Source: Candidatus Multivorans sp.
GTDB lineage: Bacteria; Acidobacteriota; Thermoanaerobaculia; Multivoradales; Multivoraceae
Assembly (NCBI GenBank): GCA_965224025.1
Contig: OZ245033.1
Coordinates: 1,600,001-1,664,000, forward strand
Length of the DNA: 64,000 nucleotides
Direction: 5' to 3'
Part shown: positions 44,059 to 53,834 of the stretch, one piece after another
Position numbering within the stretch: the stretch's first letter is position 1
How the letters are laid out: each line of letters opens with the position of its first letter
Program-made: the position numbers and the translations under genes
The notes under the pieces: model-generated
Told to the model about the DNA's origin: nothing
What the model saw: only the letters and a program-made list of their open reading frames with translations
Databases searched by the model: none

Positions 44059-46519
44059 TTGCCCGATCCTGAACTGAAAGCCGGCGTACGCTGTCGACTC
44101 AAGCACGACCCCGGTCGCATCGGGGTCCTGACGGGCAGATCGCGCTCATCTGGAGCGTTCACCAAGCTGCAGATCCAGTTCCCGGAAGGCGCACAGTTTG
44201 TGCCAGAGGACCAACTCGAAGCGATGCCGGCCGAAGAAGACGCCCTGGATCTTCTGGAGCGCGGTCGCCTCGGCGACGAACTCGATCTTCGACTCACTCT
44301 CGCCCACGCACGCCTTACGGGGAGACTGGCCGACGTCATCTACAGCATGGACGTCACCGGAACGGACTTCTACGCCCACCAGTTCAAGCCCGTTGTCCGA
44401 CTGCTGAACTCCGTGGCGCGCGGCATCCTGATCGCGGACGAGGTCGGGCTCGGGAAGACCATCGAGGCGGGTTTACTCTGGACCGAGCTTCGCACGAGAT
44501 ACGACTTTCGACGCTTGCTCGTCCTGTGTCCCGCGGTGTTACGCGAGAAGTGGCAGCGCGAACTGAAGAACCGCTTCGGCGTCGACGCGGAGATTCTCGA
44601 CGCGAGGGGAACACTGAGCAGGCTCCGCCAGGCAGCGAACGATGAGACTCCAAGCTTCGCGATCATCGCCAGCCTGCAAGGCCTCCGACCCAGGAAGAGA
44701 TGGCGAGAGACCACCGACGGCGGAGCGGCATCCGAACTGGCGCGGTTCCTGGTCGATCGGGAACAGGCCGACCCGTTGATCGACATGTGTGTCGTGGACG
44801 AGGCCCACCACCTCCGCAACCGGGAGACGACGACCTCTCAGCTCGCCCGGCTGGCCAGGACCGTCTCCGACTACATCGTCCTGCTGACAGCGACGCCGAT
44901 TCACCTCCGCAGCAACGATCTCCACGAGCTTCTCCGCCTGGTGGACGAGGGCATGTTCGACCGGGGGCAGTCGTTTTCCGAGCTCCTCGAGGCCAACGCC
45001 CCACTCGTCAGGGCCCGCGAACTCGTGGTCGGCGGAGCGCCTTCGGAGGCAGGCTCGCTCTCCGAGCACCTGGAACTGGAACTACGGAACGCCGACCCGG
45101 CCAACGTCGCGCGAGTGGCCGAACGCCTCGACCGACTGAACCTGCTCGGCCACACCGTAACTCGCACGCGCCGCCGGGAAGTCCAGGAACACCGCCCCTC
45201 CCGAGATGTCAAGGCAGTTCAGGTCGAGCCGACACCGGCCGAAATGGAGTTCTACAGCAACGTCACCAGGCTGGTGCGTGACTACTGCATGGCGAGCGAC
45301 GTCAGCGCCGCCTTCCTCGAAGTTACCCCTCAGCGACAGATGTCCAGCTCCATGCCCGCTGCCCTTCGGCTCTGGCAGCAGGGTGCCGCCGGCGGGCACG
45401 AAGCGCTCGACGACTGGACCGAAGAGGAAGGTCCGCTGAAGTCGGAGCTGACCGCTCAGGCGCGGCAACTTGGTGACCTGGACGCACTATGGACCAGGGA
45501 CAGCAAGTACGAACGTCTCTCCGCAATCCTGTCGGACTGGTTCAACAACGAGCCCGAGTCGAAGGTCATCGTCTTCTCCTCCTACCTTGCCACCCTTGAC
45601 TACCTCGAGGAACGCCTGAAGCAACGGGGAATCCCGTGCATGGTCCTGCAGGGCTCGACGCCCGACAAGGACCAGGCCGTCGAGCGGTTCCGCACATCTC
45701 CCAGCGCGCACGTTCTCCTCTCGTCCGAGGTGGGCAGCGAAGGAATCGACCTGCAGTTCGCCGAGGTCGTCATCAACTACGACCTGCCCTGGAACCCGAT
45801 TGGAGCGGCGAGAGAGCTCCACCGCTCCATATCGGCGTCCGATCTGGTCAAGTACGTCACTGACTACTTGCGTGTGCACTATCGGGGCTCACTCTTTCGC
45901 CAGGTCCCCGGGCACGATCTGCTGTTCGACATCGATCTCTCGAACGAGGCCCGATTCGACCTCGCCAACTTCATTCGGCAGGAGAAACTGGACGGAGACT
46001 CACGGCTGACACGGAGTTCGCTTCGCGAGGTGAGGCGACGCCGAGCTTCTCATCGGGACGGCCTCAAGCGAAGGAGCCGCCTGGCTGAGCGCACAGGGAG
46101 CAGTCGATACCCGCATCCTGACCGAGCAGGTCGAACAAGGCTGCGTCGAGCCCTCGGAGAGAGCCTTTGACGCCTACGTCGAAGAGCTCGAGGCCGAGAA
46201 TGAAGACCGCGCCGACATGCTCCAGCGGATGGCGGAGCGCAGGTTCGGGACCCAAAGGCAACGGTTGGAGCAGCAACTGCGGATCTTCGAGACGACCGGT
46301 CCAGCCCGGCTGGTCCCTCCGACCAAGGGCCGTCTCCGCGCTCTCGAAGCGAGGGCCGACTTCCGGCGGCGCGAAATCGAGAGAGACCGTGACCCGTGCC
46401 GGAGAACTCGTTCGAGCCCGACTTACTTCCGGCGGCGCGAAATCGAGAGAGACCGTGACCTAAAGCACGGTCCCGCCGAAACGGTGTGCGTGGGGTTGAT
46501 TCGAGTGGAGCCGGGTTGA
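44059..46519 (+). pseudogene. SNF2-family helicase with internal deletions and a frameshift
   Basis: IADEVGLGKT, DEAHH, LLTATP, SEVGSEGIDLQ present, but NYDLPWNP is followed directly by IGAARELH (motif VI QRIGR absent); the C-terminal part (ENEDRAD...VGLIRVE) continues in another frame from ~46034. Confidence 0.8.
46359..46460 (+). repeat. Exact 36-bp direct repeat pair separated by 30 bp
   Basis: ACTTCCGGCGGCGCGAAATCGAGAGAGACCGTGACC at 46359-46394 and 46425-46460; intervening CGTGCCGGAGAACTCGTTCGAGCCCGACTT. Confidence 0.95.
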
Positions 46520-46537
46520 GGAGGGCGATACAACACG

Positions 46538-48133
46538 ATGGCAATTGGGAAGCTCAGGGACATCATTCGACGGCTGCTGCGTCCTGGCCGGAGGAGGCCT
46601 GCCGGGTCGGCGGTGCTCCGGGAGGAGGCCGGGCCGCCACCTGCCGACCCTTCGCCAACGGCAGAGGCACCGGCCGAAGCGGCCTTGAAGGCCGGTGCCG
46701 ACACGGAAAGAACGGACTCGGCCCTGCACTGGGACCCACCCCGGAACTCGGCCGGCGCAGCATGCACGCAGTTCAGAAACACCGGGCTCCGGGAGAAAGT
46801 GGATCTGTTGATCGGGCTGGACTTCGGCACGTCAAGCGCCAAGGTGGCCATTCGAAGCCCCTACTTCGGACGTGGGACCGTCACCGCCGTGACGTGGCCC
46901 GATGGCAGCGGACAACGCTCCTTCCTCCTGCCGACCAACCTGTCGGAGTCGGCACCGGGCTGCCGCCTCACTGCCGATGCCAAGCCAAGTCCCTCGGATC
47001 GCAGCCTCAAGGTCGACCTCATGGAAGACCCGGACTCGGTCGAGGCCCGCGCCATGGCCGCCTGCTATCTCGCGTGGGTTCTGCGCACATCCCGCTGCCA
47101 CGTCCTGAATTCCGAGCAGAAAATCTATGGCAGCTACTCCCTGCGATGGACCCTGAACCTAGGGATTCCCTCGGCAGGCTATGACGACGAGCAGATCAGG
47201 AAGGGCTTCTTGATCGCCGGAAAGGCCGCTTGGGCCCTATCCGTCGAAGACCGGCCGCCGACCAGATCGGAAGCAATCGCGGCGGTCAATCAACTGCGCG
47301 CGCCCGACTTCGATCCAAAGCCCCTTCTGAACCTGATCGGAGTCGAGGTTGTCCCGGAGATCGTAGCGGAGGCAGCGACGTACGCTCAGTCCTACGAGCG
47401 ACGGAACGGCCTGCACTTCCTGGTCGACGTCGGCGCCTCAACCAGCGATTCGCGCGGCTTCGTCCTCCATGAGCGCGAAGGCGAAGACCGCTGGGAACTC
47501 CTGAATGCACTCGTCGAACCTCTGGGCGCACTTCACCTTCACCTCAATCGCCTGGAGACTCTCGCCGATGCCGGATTCGCGATCGACCCGGAAGTTCCTC
47601 CCCGCGACGCAGGTCCTTTCGACCAGATACCTGACCGCGTCGACCGCTACCTGGCGGATCGAAGCGCATCCCCACCGGAGGATGCTCTCGCCGTCGACCG
47701 TGGCTATCGCGAACAGGTCGCGATGGCCCTCAGAAAGGTCATCTGGGACCTCAAGAAGAACAGAGATCCGAATTCTCCCCACTGGGAGGAAGGCCTGCTG
47801 GTTTTCGTCACCGGCGGAGGAGGCAGACTGTCGATCCTGCGGGACGCCCTCAGAACGGCAGAGTCTCAGATTCGCAGCGCTTCCTGGAACGTCGGCGACT
47901 TCCGCTACATGGACAACGCCGCCAGCGATGGCAGATCGGGATCGACGCCGTCCGACGATCCTCTGGAAGAAGAAGGCCCCCCAGAAGCCGTGAAGGCACG
48001 ACTGGGAGTGGCCTACGGCCTTAGCCTCCCGGACGTGGGGTCGATTACCCCGCCAGCGCGGATAGGCGACGTAGAGCCGCCACCTCCCAAACCGCCACCG
48101 CCGCTTCCTGACTACTGGGGCGGGAAACACTGA
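46538..48133 (+). CDS. Uncharacterised actin/Hsp70-fold (ASKHA) ATPase
   Basis: Phosphate-1 IGLDFGTSSAK, connect-1 VVPEIVA, phosphate-2 LVDVGAST, adenosine FVTGGG, connect-2 VAYGL; GGAGG RBS. Confidence 0.75.
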   Translation: MAIGKLRDIIRRLLRPGRRRPAGSAVLREEAGPPPADPSPTAEAPAEAALKAGADTERTDSALHWDPPRNSAGAACTQFRNTGLREKVDLLIGLDFGTSSAKVAIRSPYFGRGTVTAVTWPDGSGQRSFLLPTNLSESAPGCRLTADAKPSPSDRSLKVDLMEDPDSVEARAMAACYLAWVLRTSRCHVLNSEQKIYGSYSLRWTLNLGIPSAGYDDEQIRKGFLIAGKAAWALSVEDRPPTRSEAIAAVNQLRAPDFDPKPLLNLIGVEVVPEIVAEAATYAQSYERRNGLHFLVDVGASTSDSRGFVLHEREGEDRWELLNALVEPLGALHLHLNRLETLADAGFAIDPEVPPRDAGPFDQIPDRVDRYLADRSASPPEDALAVDRGYREQVAMALRKVIWDLKKNRDPNSPHWEEGLLVFVTGGGGRLSILRDALRTAESQIRSASWNVGDFRYMDNAASDGRSGSTPSDDPLEEEGPPEAVKARLGVAYGLSLPDVGSITPPARIGDVEPPPPKPPPPLPDYWGGKH

Positions 48134-48222
48134 CGCTCTCAGCGTCCGGGCGCCTGTGGGCGCCGTCTGATCGCGGCCGCCATCGAGCAAGAGCAACGGA
48201 ACTGCCCGTCAAGGGCAGGTCC

Positions 48223-48528
48223 TCATCCCCTCGCGTGCAACCCCTCGCCTGCATCCAACGTTGGCAGCCGAGCGATCTCCGAGCCGTTTTCCCGTTCCGC
48301 AAGCCGTAGCTCGTAGAGCTTCTGCAGGTTGAGCCAGAACTCCCCAGACGTGCCGAAGAAACGTCCGAGCCGAAGAGCCGTGTCGCCGGTAACGGCGCGC
48401 CGACCGTTGAGGATCCCTGTGATGCGGCTCACTGGCACATCGATCCGCCGCGCCAGTTCCGCCGCGCTCATGCCGAGCGCGTCGAGATCCTCGCGCAGCG
48501 TCTCACCGGGATGAATGGGCTCGCGCAT
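48223..48528 (-). CDS. higA: HigA family antitoxin (HTH)
   Basis: PIHPGETL, ILNGRRAVTGDTALRLGRFFGTSGEFWLNLQ. Confidence 0.93.
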   Translation of the reverse strand: MREPIHPGETLREDLDALGMSAAELARRIDVPVSRITGILNGRRAVTGDTALRLGRFFGTSGEFWLNLQKLYELRLAERENGSEIARLPTLDAGEGLHARG

Positions 48529-48542
48529 GTTGTGCCTCCGTC

Positions 48543-48824
48543 TCAATGGTAGTCCACGATTTCCACGTCCGTGGGACCGGAGCTTCCCGCCGGCCACCTG
48601 AAACAGACTCGCCATTGGTCGTTGATGCGGATGCTCCACTGTCCTTTGCGGCGACCCTTGAGTGCCTTTAGACGGTTGCCCGGCCTGGCCAGGTCGCCCA
48701 GGCTTGCGGCCGCGTCGAGCTGGTCGAGCTTTCGCGAGGCCGTCCGGGCGAAGCCCGAGAAAGCCGCGACCCGGCGCCCCCTGTAGAACGCCTCGGTGCG
48801 CTTGTCCGAGCAATCGACGATCAC
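48543..48824 (-). CDS. higB: HigB/RelE family toxin
   Basis: PGNRLKALKG, WSIRINDQWRVCF, VEIVDYH; toxin-first order. Confidence 0.93.
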   Translation of the reverse strand: MIVDCSDKRTEAFYRGRRVAAFSGFARTASRKLDQLDAAASLGDLARPGNRLKALKGRRKGQWSIRINDQWRVCFRWPAGSSGPTDVEIVDYH

Positions 48825-48839
48825 GTCGTGGCAGCCGCG

Positions 48840-50465
48840 TCAGCCCATGTGGGGATAACGGTAGTCCGTCGGCGGCGCGAAGGTCTCTTTGACGGCGCGC
48901 TGGGAGGTCCAGCGCATCAGGTTGGCCATCGAGCCCGCCTTGTCGTTCGTGCCGGAGGCGCGGGCGCCGCCGAAGGGCTGCTGACCGACCACGGCGCCGG
49001 TCGGCTTGTCGTTGATGTAGAAGTTGCCGGCGGCATGGCGCAACCGGGCGCCGATGCTGGCCACCGCCGCGCGGTCGCGCGCGAACACGGCGCCGGTGAG
49101 CGCGTACGGGCTCGTCGTGTCGCAGAGCTCCAGTGCGTCGCCGAGCGCGCCGTCCTCGTAGATGTAGACGGTCAGGACCGGACCGAAGATCTCCTCGCTC
49201 ATCAGGCGTGACCTCGGATCGCCGCTGCGGACAACGGTCGGTTCCACGAAGTAGCCGACCGAGTCGTCGCAGCCGCCGCCCGAGACAACCTCGTAGGTCG
49301 AGCCGCCGGAGGCCTCGGCGATGTAGCCGGAGATGTTGCCCCACGACGAGCGGTCGATGACCGCGGCCATGAAGTTCGAGAAATCGACCGGCGAGCCCAT
49401 CTTCACCGTCGCCAGCTCGTCGCACAGCCGCTCGCGCACCTCGCCCCAGAGCGACGCCGGGATGTAGGCCCGCGACGCCGCGGAGCACTTCTGCCCCTGG
49501 TACTCGAAGGCGCCGCGGATCAGCGCCGTGCTCAGGGCAGCCGCGTCGGCCGAGGGATGGGCGAACACGAAGTCCTTGCCGCCGGTCTCACCGACGATCC
49601 GCGGGTACGTGAGATAGTCCTGAATCCGGTCGCCGATCGTCCGCCACATGCGCTGGAAGACCGGCGTCGAGCCCGTGAAGTGGATGCCCGCCAGGTGGCG
49701 GCTGGCCAGCACCGGATCGCCCACCGTGGCGCCCGGTCCGGGCACGAAGTTGATCACTCCCGGGGGCAGACCGGCCTCCTCGAGGAGCTTCACGATGTAG
49801 TAGCCCGACAGCAGCGCCGTCGAGGCGGGCTTCCAGAGCACGGTGTTGCCCATGATCGCCGCCGAGGTCGGCAGGTTGCCCGCGATCGCCGTGAAGTTGA
49901 ACGGCGTGACCGCGAACACGAAGCCCTCGAGCGCCCGGTACTCGACGTAGTTCCAAATCCCGGGCGAAGACACCGGCTGCTGGCCGTAGAGCTCTTCCGC
50001 GAACGAGACGTTGAAACGCAGGAAGTCGATCAGTTCGCACGCCGAGTCGATCTCGGCCTGGTAGCACGTCTTCGACTGGTTCAGCATGGTGGCCGCATTG
50101 ACCGTCGACCGCCACGAGCCGGCGAGCAGTTCGGCGGCCCGCAGGAAGATCGCTGCGCGCTCCTCGAACGGCATCGTGGACCATTCCGGCCAGGCTTCCT
50201 GGGAGGCCGCCACCGCCGCCTCGACTTCGGCGGCGCCGGCCTGGTGGCACGTGCCCAGGACGTGACCGTGATCGTGAGGGCAGACGACCTCTTGCGTGCG
50301 GCCGGTGTGAACTTCGCGGCCGCCGACCAGGACCGGAATCTCGACCTGGTCGCCAAGCATCCGGTTCAGTCGCGCCTCAAGAGCTGCGCGCTCGGCCGAT
50401 CCGGGCGCGTAGTAGAGCACGGGCTCGTTACGGGGTGCGGGTACCTGCAAGGTGCCGTTCGGCAT
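48840..50465 (-). CDS. pruA: L-glutamate gamma-semialdehyde (P5C) dehydrogenase
   Basis: QAEIDSACELIDF, PFNFTAI, GETGGKDF, FEYQGQKCSA, EEIFGP, NDKPTGAVVGQQPFGG. Confidence 0.95.
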   Translation of the reverse strand: MPNGTLQVPAPRNEPVLYYAPGSAERAALEARLNRMLGDQVEIPVLVGGREVHTGRTQEVVCPHDHGHVLGTCHQAGAAEVEAAVAASQEAWPEWSTMPFEERAAIFLRAAELLAGSWRSTVNAATMLNQSKTCYQAEIDSACELIDFLRFNVSFAEELYGQQPVSSPGIWNYVEYRALEGFVFAVTPFNFTAIAGNLPTSAAIMGNTVLWKPASTALLSGYYIVKLLEEAGLPPGVINFVPGPGATVGDPVLASRHLAGIHFTGSTPVFQRMWRTIGDRIQDYLTYPRIVGETGGKDFVFAHPSADAAALSTALIRGAFEYQGQKCSAASRAYIPASLWGEVRERLCDELATVKMGSPVDFSNFMAAVIDRSSWGNISGYIAEASGGSTYEVVSGGGCDDSVGYFVEPTVVRSGDPRSRLMSEEIFGPVLTVYIYEDGALGDALELCDTTSPYALTGAVFARDRAAVASIGARLRHAAGNFYINDKPTGAVVGQQPFGGARASGTNDKAGSMANLMRWTSQRAVKETFAPPTDYRYPHMG

Positions 50466-50592
50466 TGTTGTTCATCTCCTGGGAAGGGTGTTTTCTGGCT
50501 GTGCCCCGCGCGGTTCACGCGGCAGCATAGCCGCGCCGGCGGGGGCGGCCAGTTCCATGCGCGTCAGGGCTGCGTACCCGCAGCGCCGACTT

Positions 50593-50973
50593 CTAGAAAC
50601 CCGCCCGGTTCGCCGGACCTTCCAGCATTCTCCAGGCGAGAACGAGAACGCCGGCGATCAGCAGGGAGCCGCCGATCGGTGTGATGGCGCCCAGCCACCG
50701 CGGGCCGCCAACCGCAATCACCGCCACCGATCCCGAGAAGATCAATGATCCGGCGAACAGCAACCAGCCGGCAAGTCGCAGGTCCGCGGTCGAAACGCGG
50801 CCGGCAAGGCCCAGGATGCACACGACGACTCCGCCGTACATGAAGTAGCGGGCCGCCGTCTCCCACAGCGCCAAGTGCTCCGCGTCGAGTGCTGACCGCA
50901 GCCCGTGGGCGCCGAAGGCGCCGGCGCCAACCGAGGCGGCGCACATCAGTAGTCCCACAACCAGCCAGTTCAT
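50593..50973 (-). CDS. DUF423 family membrane protein
   Basis: GAFGAHGL, WETAARY, IFSGS, LGAITPIGG. Confidence 0.88.
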   Translation of the reverse strand: MNWLVVGLLMCAASVGAGAFGAHGLRSALDAEHLALWETAARYFMYGGVVVCILGLAGRVSTADLRLAGWLLFAGSLIFSGSVAVIAVGGPRWLGAITPIGGSLLIAGVLVLAWRMLEGPANRAGF

Positions 50974-51044
50974 TCGCAGCAGCCCAGCAGCCCCCAGCCC
51001 GTCCCAAGCGTCGGCTATCGTAGCAATCCCACCGACCCTCAGCC

Positions 51045-52172
51045 ATGGACGAAAGCAGCACCATCAGCCTGACCGCACTGGAAGAACGGCTCGCGGAGGT
51101 GCTGCCGATCTACGCCGAGAGCGCGTGGCTCCAACTGCTGGCGGTCGCGCTCCTCTCGGCGCTCACCGCCTGGCTCGTCTGGCTGTTCCTCAAGAAAGTC
51201 GTCGCGAGAGTCTTCGCCCGCACCGAGACCGAAGTCGACGACCGGCTGCTCGAAGCGGCGCACTGGCCCCTCTTCGTCTCGGTGTTCCTCATCGGGCTGC
51301 GCATCGGCATCAACCGCCTGCCAGTCGAGGACCGCGTCGAGATAGCGATCGGCAACTCCCTGCAAACCGCGGCGCTTCTGTTCTGGATCGTCGCGGGGCT
51401 ACGCGTGTCGACTGTTCTGCTCCGGGCGATATCCCGGCGCCGGCAGCGAGGAGCTCTCGTCTCCAGGCACACCCAGCCCTTGTTCGAGAACCTGGCCAAG
51501 GTAGCGATCGTCCTCCTGGGCGCCTACCTGGCGATCACGATCTGGGGCGCCGACGTCTCCGGCCTCCTCGCCGCCGGCGGCATCGCCGGTCTCACGATCG
51601 GCTTCGCGGCCCGCGACACGCTGGCGAACCTCTTCGCGGGCATCTTCATCTTCGCGGACGGCCCGTACAAGATCGGCGACTTCATCACGCTGGACTCCGG
51701 TGAACGCGGCATGGTCACCGAGATCGGCATCCGCAGTACCCGCCTGCTCACCCGCGACGACATCGAGGTCACGATCCCCAACGCCGTGATGGGGAACGCA
51801 AAGATCAACAACGAGAGCGGCGGTCCCCACGTCAAGTACCGCATCCGGGTGCGCGTCGGGGTCGCCTACGGCAGCGATGTGGACCATGTCGAAGCAGTCC
51901 AGCTCCAGGTGGCCGCCGACAACCCCAAGGTGTGCGAACAGCCCGAACCTCGTGTACGGTTCCGCACCTTCGGCCCCTCGTCGATCGCCTACGAGCTGCT
52001 GTGCTGGGTCGAGGAGCCGGTGCTCCGCGGCATCGTGACCCACGAACTGGTCAAGGCGACGCACAAGGCGTTCGCCGCCGCGGGGATCGAAATCCCCTTC
52101 AACCAGCACGACATCCACATCAAGGAAGCGCCCTCGCGGCAACCCCGGCTGGCCGAACCCGCGGCCGATTGA
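51045..52172 (+). CDS. MscS family mechanosensitive channel
   Basis: GIAGLTIGFAARDTLANLFAG, PYKIGD, IGIRST, TIPN, GIEIPF. Confidence 0.92.
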   Translation: MDESSTISLTALEERLAEVLPIYAESAWLQLLAVALLSALTAWLVWLFLKKVVARVFARTETEVDDRLLEAAHWPLFVSVFLIGLRIGINRLPVEDRVEIAIGNSLQTAALLFWIVAGLRVSTVLLRAISRRRQRGALVSRHTQPLFENLAKVAIVLLGAYLAITIWGADVSGLLAAGGIAGLTIGFAARDTLANLFAGIFIFADGPYKIGDFITLDSGERGMVTEIGIRSTRLLTRDDIEVTIPNAVMGNAKINNESGGPHVKYRIRVRVGVAYGSDVDHVEAVQLQVAADNPKVCEQPEPRVRFRTFGPSSIAYELLCWVEEPVLRGIVTHELVKATHKAFAAAGIEIPFNQHDIHIKEAPSRQPRLAEPAAD

Positions 52173-52202
52173 CCAACACCGCGCTTGGCGCGCACGAGAG
52201 CG

Positions 52203-53579
52203 TCACTGCGCCAGTGCGCGCCACGTCCGGCGCGGGAACCGGCGGCCAAGCCCGCGCTGAATCTCGCGCCACTTGCGCTCTTCGTCCGGCGTGATGAAGG
52301 TCACCGCCTCGCCGAAACGCCCCATGCGCCCGGTCCGCCCGACGCGGTGCGTGAAGAGCTGCCGCGAGTCCGGCAGATCAAAGTTGACGACCTTGCCGAT
52401 GCCGTCAACGTCCAGGCCTCGGGCAGCCACGTTCGTCGCCACCAGGATCGGCGCGGCACCGGAACGAAAGCCCCTCATCACGCGCTCGCGTGCGCCCTGG
52501 CTGAGGTTCCCCTGAAGTGCCCCGACCGGATAGCCCAGCGAGCCGAGCTTCTTCGCCAGCTTCCTGACGCCGTGCCTGGTTCTGCCGAAGACGAGAATCG
52601 GGTCGCCGTTTCGTTCGTCCAGCAGCGTCTGCAGCGCGCTGATCTTGTCGTCCTTCCGGATCGAGAAGACCACATGCTCCACCGTGGGCGCTTGACCGCC
52701 GGGGTCGATTTCGACCCTTACCGGGTTGCGCAGGTACTGCTTCGCCGTCTGAGCCACCCAGTTGGGCATGGTCGCCGAGAAGAGCGCCGTCTGCCGTGAA
52801 GCGGGCGTGCGGCTGAGGATCGCCTCGACATCGCGGGCAAAACCCTGGTCCAGCATCTCGTCCGCCTCATCCAGGACGAGGAATCGCACGGCGCCCAGAT
52901 CGAGGGCGCCCCGACGCAGGTGGTCCAGCGTGCGGCCCGGAGTCCCGACGATCACTTGGGCGCCCCGCCTCAACGCCGCCTGATCACGTCTCACCGGCCG
53001 GCCGCCGTACAACGGCGTCACGCGCAGGCGCGATGAAGCCAGACCGGAAATGACTCCGGCCACCTGGATGGCCAGCTCCCGGGTCGGCGTCAGCACCAGC
53101 GCCTGCACCCGCCGTGCAGATGGATCGCAGAGCTCAGCGATGGGCGCCGCGAAGGCCAGGGTCTTCCCCGACCCCGTCTGCGCCTGCCCGAACAGGTCCC
53201 GCCCGGCCAGCAGATGGGGGATGGACTGCTCCTGAATCGGCGTCGGCTCGGAGATGCCCATGCGAGCAATCGCCGCCCGGGTCGCACTCGTGAGCGCGAT
53301 ACCGGGAAACACGCCGCTGCCGTCGGCGTCCCGGCCGCGATCGGCAATCGGTCCAACCGGGCGATGGACGCCGTTCACGGCGCCGTTGGCCGGAGCGGCG
53401 TTCACGGCGGCAGAAGGACCGCGCCGGCGGTTGGTGAAGCAGGAGCGGCAGTAGACCGGCCTGCCGGGGGCGGGCCGGAAGGGAACAGTTGTCGAGATAT
53501 CGCATTCGGCACAGACGGCGTCGTGGCGCGGTTTGCGGCCGGACGGACGTCGGCTGGTCGAGAAAGACTTCTTGGGCAT
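52203..53579 (-). CDS. DEAD-box RNA helicase with N-terminal CxxC-x17-CxxC domain
   Basis: Q motif PTPIQ, AQTGSGKT, PTRELA, TPGR, DEAD, SAT, ARGLD, HRVGRTGR; N-terminal CAEC...VPFRP...VYCRSC; ATG 53579. Confidence 0.93.
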   Translation of the reverse strand: MPKKSFSTSRRPSGRKPRHDAVCAECDISTTVPFRPAPGRPVYCRSCFTNRRRGPSAAVNAAPANGAVNGVHRPVGPIADRGRDADGSGVFPGIALTSATRAAIARMGISEPTPIQEQSIPHLLAGRDLFGQAQTGSGKTLAFAAPIAELCDPSARRVQALVLTPTRELAIQVAGVISGLASSRLRVTPLYGGRPVRRDQAALRRGAQVIVGTPGRTLDHLRRGALDLGAVRFLVLDEADEMLDQGFARDVEAILSRTPASRQTALFSATMPNWVAQTAKQYLRNPVRVEIDPGGQAPTVEHVVFSIRKDDKISALQTLLDERNGDPILVFGRTRHGVRKLAKKLGSLGYPVGALQGNLSQGARERVMRGFRSGAAPILVATNVAARGLDVDGIGKVVNFDLPDSRQLFTHRVGRTGRMGRFGEAVTFITPDEERKWREIQRGLGRRFPRRTWRALAQ

Positions 53580-53779
53580 ACGGAAACAGACTCCTCTGGT
53601 CGGGAGATAAGGGACAGTCGATTCGGCGCACGGGGGAGCAAGCAGGTGGAGGACGAACGCCCACCGCTGCATCAACCCTGGCGCGACAATCAAGCGTTGT
53701 TGGTCGTCATGGCGACCAGAGGACTGCAAGCTGGACCCGGCGGCAGGCGGAACGTACACGAGTTCCGCCTCCCAGTCAA
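53580..53779 (-). promoter_or_regulatory. Promoter and structured 5' leader of the DEAD-box gene
   Basis: TTGACT-N17-TACGTT (53779-53751); an 11-bp inverted repeat pairs 53713-53723 with 53592-53602, which covers the SD. Confidence 0.6.
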
Positions 53780-53834
53780 AGCCGCCGGGCGGGCGCCCCC
53801 GCGAGCGCGAGGAAATGGGCCACAATGAGAGGAG

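Noticed and set aside
46359-46460. Calling the 36/30/36 unit a CRISPR array
   Set aside because: Only two repeats, the repeat is protein-coding helicase sequence, and there is no leader, tracrRNA or cas gene in the window; kept only as a hypothesis under findings
48223-49488. 421-aa ORF ending in HigA
   Set aside because: The extension overlaps pruA and higB in another frame; HigA starts at ATG 48528
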